DNA of 63,976 nucleotides, filler included, from Trichomonas gallinae (lineage: Eukaryota), in assembly GCA_008369845.1 (NCBI GenBank). It is 8 parts of 8 records of this genome, joined end to end, with 100 filler letters (N's around TTAATTAATTAA, not from the genome) between each part and the next. Parts side by side here need not be neighbours in the genome. Positions count along the whole stretch, not along the records: positions 57,570 to 59,926 come from MRSU01000375.1; positions 60,027 to 61,388 come from MRSU01000382.1; positions 61,489 to 62,849 come from MRSU01000400.1; positions 62,950 to 63,976 come from MRSU01000668.1; 4 more parts are not named here. One strand, given 5' to 3'. This document shows, piece by piece, positions 57,570-63,976 of the stretch (position 1 is the first letter of the stretch; every line of letters begins with the position of its first letter). The position numbers and the translations under genes are program-made. The notes beneath the pieces are model-generated. The model was given only the letters and a program-made list of their open reading frames with translations, made no database searches and was not told the DNA's origin.

Positions 57570-59304
57570 ATTTTTATATTCAATTTCATATTTTTATAAT
57601 ATAATATCAACAAAACATTATTAACTTTCAAAATTTAAAATAAAAAAAAATTGAGACCCCACCCCTGTTTTTATTTAAGGTTAATACCCTTGTCACTTTT
57701 TCGTAAAAAGTAGGTCTCCCAATTTTGTGAATACATAAATACTTTTTATGTACCTTAGATGTTACAGTATCAGTATTTTCCACAACTGAAAGATTCTGAT
57801 ACAACAAAATTTAAAACGACTAACATTATACTATTTATATACAGATGTATATCATTATTCATTATTTGGTATTTTAAAAAAATACATCTTTCTGTTATAA
57901 AATCAATTTTATTGATATATTATGATTGTTGAACAATTTGATTATCATCAATATAGATATTCCATAATTAAATGGCATCGTATAATTAAGATATTTTTGG
58001 ATCTCTAATTATTTTTACATTAATTGTTTTCTTCAACAGTATTTGTATTTTTATTAATTTACTAAGTATATTATATTGATAATACGTTTTGTACCGTAAT
58101 ATCACTACAAAATCTTAAAAAAATAAAAATATTTTGTGAAGCATTATTCTTCATATATATATCGGCAATTAAGTTTATAAACTATATCCACAAATATAAA
58201 TATTGTTATCTATTGATAAATTCCTAATTTATAAAAAAATCTCTTATTGATTTAGGAATTATAGCATGAAAGATAGAATGAAAGATCATCATAGGCCAAA
58301 CATTTTGAGCGATTGCTCATTTTTTGTAATTTTTTTCAATAATTGCCCATCTATTGCCCAGGATAAATTAAACATTATAACATCGAGGAAAACAACATAT
58401 GACATTGTTTTACATGTAGTTCGCGCTATATATTCATAGTTCAATAATTGTTACAAATTCCATTTGCAATTGAAGATTTTGTTATAATTAAACCTGACAT
58501 GTAAAATATAATATTGACAAGTAAATTTAAAAGCAAAAAGAATCCTGAAATATTTTGGTTTTGATTAATTATAATTATAATGAAGAAATGGCAAAAGATT
58601 TCTTTATTAACATTGTTTTTTTTTTCGTTGAGATAAATATTTCGTGCTTCTGAATTAAAATTATTAATATAAAAAAATTATCATTTCAAAATAATGCAAT
58701 TGCACTAAGGATGTCGAAAAGTGGGGTGGGGTACCCCGTGTTTTTAAAATGATGGGAAATGGGGTATTGCCACTTTTTTGGTGATTTCTTGTTATAACAA
58801 TTATAATTAATTAATTGCACACGATTTTTATAGACTTTTTCTTTTTCTCAACAAGGGAATCGTCGAAATGCCATTCCTTTTATGAAATAAATGTTCTATA
58901 TCCATAGTATACATATATTAAATTTTTAAAATCATCAAAATTAAAATTTTTATGATCTATAAATTTTTCATAACTTCCTAATTTTTTGTGAATTTATATT
59001 TAAAATATAATTTTGGTCATAATTACTCGGGAGGATTATATATTCACAAAATTTTCTATGATAGCTCAGAAAACTAATTTTGGGAGGACTAATATTGCAT
59101 CAAAGTTATTCTACACTTTTAAAAATTTATATGTATTAGCAATTTATGTCTTTGTATTATGAAAAATGCATGTTTTAACGTTTTTAATGACGAAATTTTT
59201 GTTCTCACTTTTCAGTTTTGTGGGTTAACATGGACAAGTAATGAATTCTTATTAAATATGAGGCTCAGTGTCCAATATGATTGGAACATTACTGTTTTAC
59301 TTCA

Positions 59305-59343
59305 TTGTCAAATTTGCCGGCAAATCTGACGTCAGAATGACAA
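59305..59343. promoter_or_regulatory. Palindrome cluster upstream of the repeat-peptide gene
   Basis: ATTTGCCGGCAAAT (59312-59325) and TCTGACGTCAGA (59325-59336), bracketed by TTGTCA...TGACAA. The structure is seen directly; function is inferred. Confidence 0.4.
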
Positions 59344-59384
59344 GGAATTGAAAGAACAACATTTGTGTCATAAATCTGATAGAA

Positions 59385-59926
59385 ATGTTACCTCTTGCTG
59401 CAACGAGAGCTACATATGGCTACAGCCAGTATGATTTCAACGATTACTATTATTCACTTGGTAATTATTACTATTATGGCGTAGAAGAGAATGATTACTA
59501 CTATGATTCTGAAGAAAATGGTATCCGTATTCCAAAGCCACATCTCCCATTCCCATTTAGCACAGAAGAGAACGACTACTACTATGGCGTAGAGGAGAAC
59601 GACTATTACTATGATGCTGAAGAAAACGGTATCCGTATTCCAATTCCACTTCCATTCAGCACAGAAGAAAACAAGCTCAGGCTTCCAAAGCTTCCAAAAC
59701 TTCCAATTCCAATGCCACTTCCATTCAGCACGGAAGAGAATGATTACTATTATGGTGCTGAAGAAAATGGTATCCGTATTCCAAAGCCACACCTCCCATT
59801 CCCATTCAGCACAGAAGAGAATGACTACTATTATGGTGTAGAGGAAAATGATTACTATTATGATGCTGAAGAAAATGGTATCCGTATTCCAATTCCAAAG
59901 CCACATCTCCCATTCCCATTCAGCAC
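59385..59926 (+). CDS. Repetitive multi-module protein (EEN-delimited Tyr-rich and Pro-rich peptides); putative peptide precursor, 3' end lost in gap
   Basis: 180 open codons with 11 xEEN junctions and synonymous differences between copies. TCA Inr-like element about 15 nt upstream of the ATG. Confidence 0.85.
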
Positions 59927-60026
59927 NNNNNNNNNNNNNNNNNNNNNNNNNNNNNNNNNNNNNNNNNNNNTTAATTAATTAANNNNNNNNNNNNNNNNNN
60001 NNNNNNNNNNNNNNNNNNNNNNNNNN
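59927..60026. other. Assembly gap with artificial linker
   Basis: N44-TTAATTAATTAA-N44. Confidence 0.98.
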
Positions 60027-61388
60027 AATGCCGAGACAATTCTGAACACGGGGCGGTTAGCGGGTTTGAAATCAATTGGAATAACGGCCGGTTATTCCGA
60101 ATTCCATAATAGGGGAGAGTAGGGGGAGACCCTGCAATTTCAATTTGGAATTTAGAATTGGAATAAATGGAACATCAACTGAATCATAATTGTTTTTTCC
60201 AACTTTCAGATTACATCCTTTGAAATACACCATACAAGTGATCTAGCACATAAAATTTGTTTTTGAATTCAAAATCAATTCAAGCATATTAAAAACCATA
60301 TTGTGTTACTGCATTATAATAAAATTTTATAAGTGTTATGAGGTTATTAATTCGACAATTGTTATTTTTTACATGCAAATAATAAATTATGTATATTCAA
60401 TTGTTATACAAACTTCATGAATTATGACCTATTAAAAGCATAATATCATCTATCTGACACCCAATCCTTTTTTATTCAATTGTGTTTCAATTTTTTTTTT
60501 TTTTTTTTTTTTTTTTGATTGATAATTACAAGATTTGTTTTGATATTCTGTTTAAAGCATTTTAGAGATGCACTTGATATAATTATGTTAAATCAATATT
60601 GTAATAATAGACTAAAATTAATATAGAGAATCTTTCGATATTGGGATTTAATGAAGTTATATCTGTATCTTATTATTCAGCACAGACAACTACATTCATT
60701 TTTCTGCACTATTTCTTCATTGTATATTCTACTGTGATTAGTGCAAAATTTGATTATTCAATGAACAATTGCATTAGATTATAGTTCTAGGCTAGAAATA
60801 TTGAGCTAAACACAGGCTTAGAAATCAATTTTTAGATATAGTGAAGGATAACAAAGGATATTGTACAAATTATTAAAAATTGCAGGGGAAAACTATGGGG
60901 GTTTGGAGAATAAAGATTGGATTTGAGTATGCTTTGAGTGAAAATATAAGTCTTATATAGGAAAATGAAGTTTAATGTAGGGTTTCTTGGAGGTGCATGC
61001 GTATCAATATGAATACATTTTAGAGACAATCTATTAGCAGCCACATATAGTAGTCTTAATTGATCTTGATCTATAGGCTCAAACATTGGAATAGCATATT
61101 AAACATTTAATCCGATTTTAAATTATAATAAAAAGTACTCAAATTTGGAAACAATTGGTTAATTTTGCAGAGATGATACTAGAATGTATATAGGACTTTG
61201 TTTGCTACATCTATTTTGCGTGTAACTATTCGTGTTTTAGAAATTCAATATTCCAATTCTAAATTCCAAATTGAAATTGCAGGGTCTTCCCCCTACTCTC
61301 CCCTATTGTGGAATTCGGAATAACCGGCCGTTATTCCAATTGATTTCAAACCCGCTAACCGCCCCGTGTTCAGAATTGTCTCGGCATT
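60027..61388. mobile_element. Contig bounded by ~140-bp near-perfect inverted repeats (long-TIR DNA transposon derivative, or two opposed repeat copies)
   Basis: 60027-60165 is the reverse complement of 61249-61388 with one mismatch and one 1-nt indel. The AT-rich interior has no recognisable transposase. Confidence 0.75.
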
Positions 61389-61488
61389 NNNNNNNNNNNN
61401 NNNNNNNNNNNNNNNNNNNNNNNNNNNNNNNNTTAATTAATTAANNNNNNNNNNNNNNNNNNNNNNNNNNNNNNNNNNNNNNNNNNNN
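61389..61488. other. Assembly gap with artificial linker
   Basis: N44-TTAATTAATTAA-N44. Confidence 0.98.
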
Positions 61489-61876
61489 AAAGGTCTAGAG
61501 ATTAAAAAATGAGCGTGGATGAAAAAAGACGATAAAAACCGTTTTCGTGCAAGCGCACCCTTAAAATTTTAAGGTTTTTACAGAGAACGGTTCTGACTTT
61601 GTCCGGCCAAAGTGTCCAAGTTTAAAAATCCTATGTCCTAATGTACATTTTTTCAATGAATTTTTGAATTGTTATGAAAACTGTGTCATTGCCAAGAAAA
61701 AAACTTAAACGATGGATATGTTTTAAATCGTTTGCATAGGTCATACGCTTTCTTGCATAAGGGGTTGTCGTACCCAATTTCTATATAAAAGGTGAACAAA
61801 ATTCTGGGAAAAACGATTATCCACGTGGTCCTCTCAAAAAATTGATGGGATTTTTGGCCGCGGAGCGGACCCCTAA
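61489..61876. mobile_element. Probable DNA-transposon terminal sequence(s)
   Basis: Non-coding contig-end sequence with GCACCC-TTAA (61555-61564) and a GC-rich terminus-like GGCCGCGGAGCGGACCCC near 61856-61873. Confidence 0.35.
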
Positions 61877-61972
61877 CTGTGCTTCTTTATCATAAATTGA
61901 TTATTTGGCTCATTCAATGGAAAAATAGTAATTGTAATAGAAATATCATAAATTTAGTTTCGTGATTGAAAT

Positions 61973-62849
61973 TTATGGATTTAACTTATCGGTCATTGTT
62001 TGCTCATTAAAGCTCTGAAATGACTCTGCTTTCTTACTCTTGATAACTATAACTACGATAACTGCAATAATAATAATTGCGCAGACACCGCCGACGACAC
62101 TGCCAATCAAAATCAATGATTCCTTTTTAACTAATTTAGAAGAATCACCAATGCCTTGAGCATCATCATAATTTGTCACAGTTGAAGAAACTGGAGCAGG
62201 CTCTACTGGATTTTGCGTTGACTTTTCTGGTTGTGGGTTTGAATTTGGATCTTTGTCTTTGAGAACTATGATTGGTTCGTGTGGGTTGTCATATGTTGGC
62301 TGATCATCTGGCCAATGTGTATACTTCGGATGTTCATCCATTGGATCGCTAGCAAAGAACGAGTCATGAAGAGCAACAGAACGTTTGAAGCGCTCGAATG
62401 GTGGACACTTGAATGGTTTTTCATCCAGTATCAAATTTTGGTTCTTGCTTTCATCTTTAGAACAGTTAACGGTATGGTATTCGTTAATGATGAACTCAAT
62501 TGTATTTTCATCTGGATATTTGTAGTATAAGCAATAATCCCATCCTTCAAAAGCTGCTTGACCAGATGGGCAGTACCTTCTTGGAGCGATGAATCTCATG
62601 AAACCATAATCTCTTGAGGCCGTAGCCCACTCCTGGCCATCTGGCATGAACCAACTTTTAGCGTTGCAATAAGAAAACAGCTCATATGAATAATCTGGGC
62701 AAGGAATTTTCAGATATTGGTTTGAACCAAACCACTTCCAATCAAACATAACACCCTCAAACCTTTCTTGATCTGGTGAAAGATAGCCTTCAGGGTATAC
62801 TTTATGTGGTTGCCCCACGGCAAAGTTTGGAATTGGTTTTCCGTCAATT
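61973..62849 (-). CDS. C-terminal part of a single-pass surface protein (5' end in gap)
   Basis: Frame is open to the gap; P/T/S stalk, TM LILIGSVVGGVCAIIIIAVIVVIVI followed by KSKK. Confidence 0.8.
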
Positions 62850-62949
62850 NNNNNNNNNNNNNNNNNNNNNNNNNNNNNNNNNNNNNNNNNNNNTTAATTA
62901 ATTAANNNNNNNNNNNNNNNNNNNNNNNNNNNNNNNNNNNNNNNNNNNN
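62850..62949. other. Assembly gap with artificial linker
   Basis: N44-TTAATTAATTAA-N44. Confidence 0.98.
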
Positions 62950-63976
62950 ATCTGTCAATGCATTCGAAGCAATTCTCACTGCATTTTTTGCAAATTCCAT
63001 TTTCGTGAAAGAAACCAGCATCACATGATGCTTGGCATTTATTATTTTGTAAAACTTTTCCTTCTTTACAGCTTGTACATTTATCAGCAGAATCTTTGCA
63101 TGTAAGACAGATATCGCTGCATCGATTGCAGGTTGTGTCAACTTGGAAATAATTTAAGCTACATCGAGAAACACAAAAACCATCCTCATTAAGATAACCA
63201 AGTATGCATTGTGCGCACAAATTATTTATATTGTTAATTGATGCACAATTTTCTGGTGGTAATTCTGTCAATTGAACATCACCATCATTTTCATTTCCAA
63301 AGTTTGTATTTCCATCTTTAATTTCACAATTGGTGACAATGTCATTTACAACGCAATGACTTGATCCACTGGTTGCAACATTCTGATATGAACAATCGCC
63401 TCTAGTAGGACAACCAGTCATTTGCATTCCGCATTTATACCCACCACCTGCACCACTTGGTGGATATTCAAAATTTGATTCTGCAATATATGAATCACAA
63501 TTTGAGGAAAAAGATGTTGTCATCTTCAAATATTTACAATACATTGAAGTGCATATGTATCCATAGTTTTCGCCACCACCTGGGGCTCCAACTGAATTAC
63601 CTGATGCACCTGAGCCACCTGCGGCAACAATAACATTATTATCATCTATAATTATGCGGCTTGAAGCTCCACCACCACCAGAAAATGAATCTGATTTTCC
63701 TTTAGTAGACGCACCACCATCAGGCAAACCACGGCTGGTTTCGCCATATTTATAATTAACTCCCTTTCTCCCAACGATTACATCAACTCTCTTCTGCTCC
63801 CTAATGGTGAAATTCGCAGAAACATATGAACCTTTCCCACCAGCTTTAACTAAATTGGAAACGGCACCTTGTGCTCCTTTACAAACAACATTGTATCTTC
63901 CTGGATGCAAATTGTATGTATAATGAATATTATCACTCGTTTCATAATTAATTTCTTTGGAAATTTTAGAAAAATT
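62950..63976 (-). CDS. Partial surface protein: ALK/LTK-type glycine-rich domain followed by furin-like CxxC repeats
   Basis: YNLHPGRYNVVCKGAQG...GGKGSYV...GGGGASS...IVAAGGSG, then CNRCSDICLTC...C..SCDAGFF...CKKCSENCFEC. Frame is open from the window end to the gap. Confidence 0.8.

Noticed and set aside
57656..58737. ACCCCACCCC (57656-57665) / GGGGTGGGGT (58723-58732) inverted pair as transposon TIRs
   Set aside because: Only 10 bp match and the flanks do not extend; possibly old transposon relics but not supportable.
59460..59926. Repeat-spacer-like DNA pattern suggesting a CRISPR array
   Set aside because: Eukaryotic context, no cas genes, unit lengths are multiples of 3 with synonymous variation, and the 'spacers' are themselves repeated. 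It is a coding repeat.

Overview
AT-rich eukaryotic genomic scaffold from a trichomonad (Parabasalia). The GAPDH closely resembles Trichomonas vaginalis GAPDH without being identical, the genes appear intronless, and many have TCAY-T-rich initiator-like elements just upstream of the ATG. The window joins 8 contig segments with seven artificial 100-nt linkers (N44-TTAATTAATTAA-N44), so adjacency across gaps is not guaranteed. It holds one tRNA-Asp(GTC) and about 27 protein genes: GDPD, beta-helix+RING, DZIP1-like, HMG-box, RRM, CARMIL-like LRR, two PPP phosphatases, a G-alpha, alpha-COP, TALE homeobox, LisH-WD40, IFT88, CK2-like kinase, spastizin-like, GAPDH, BspA-like LRR, R2R3 Myb, surface proteins and coiled-coil proteins. 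Several pseudogenes and DNA-transposon-like ends are also present. The most striking item is a multi-core peptide precursor (59385-59926) in which every Asn sits at a module junction, alternating acidic tri-Tyr spacers with cationic Pro-rich cores; this suggests a legumain-processed peptide (AMP/RiPP-like) system. Also notable: a G-alpha naturally carrying both classical GTPase-inactivating substitutions, a GC-rich frame interrupted only by TAA codons, and a TGAC/TTTACA motif array upstream of nuclear-protein genes. All family assignments come from motif recognition by eye, not from database searches.
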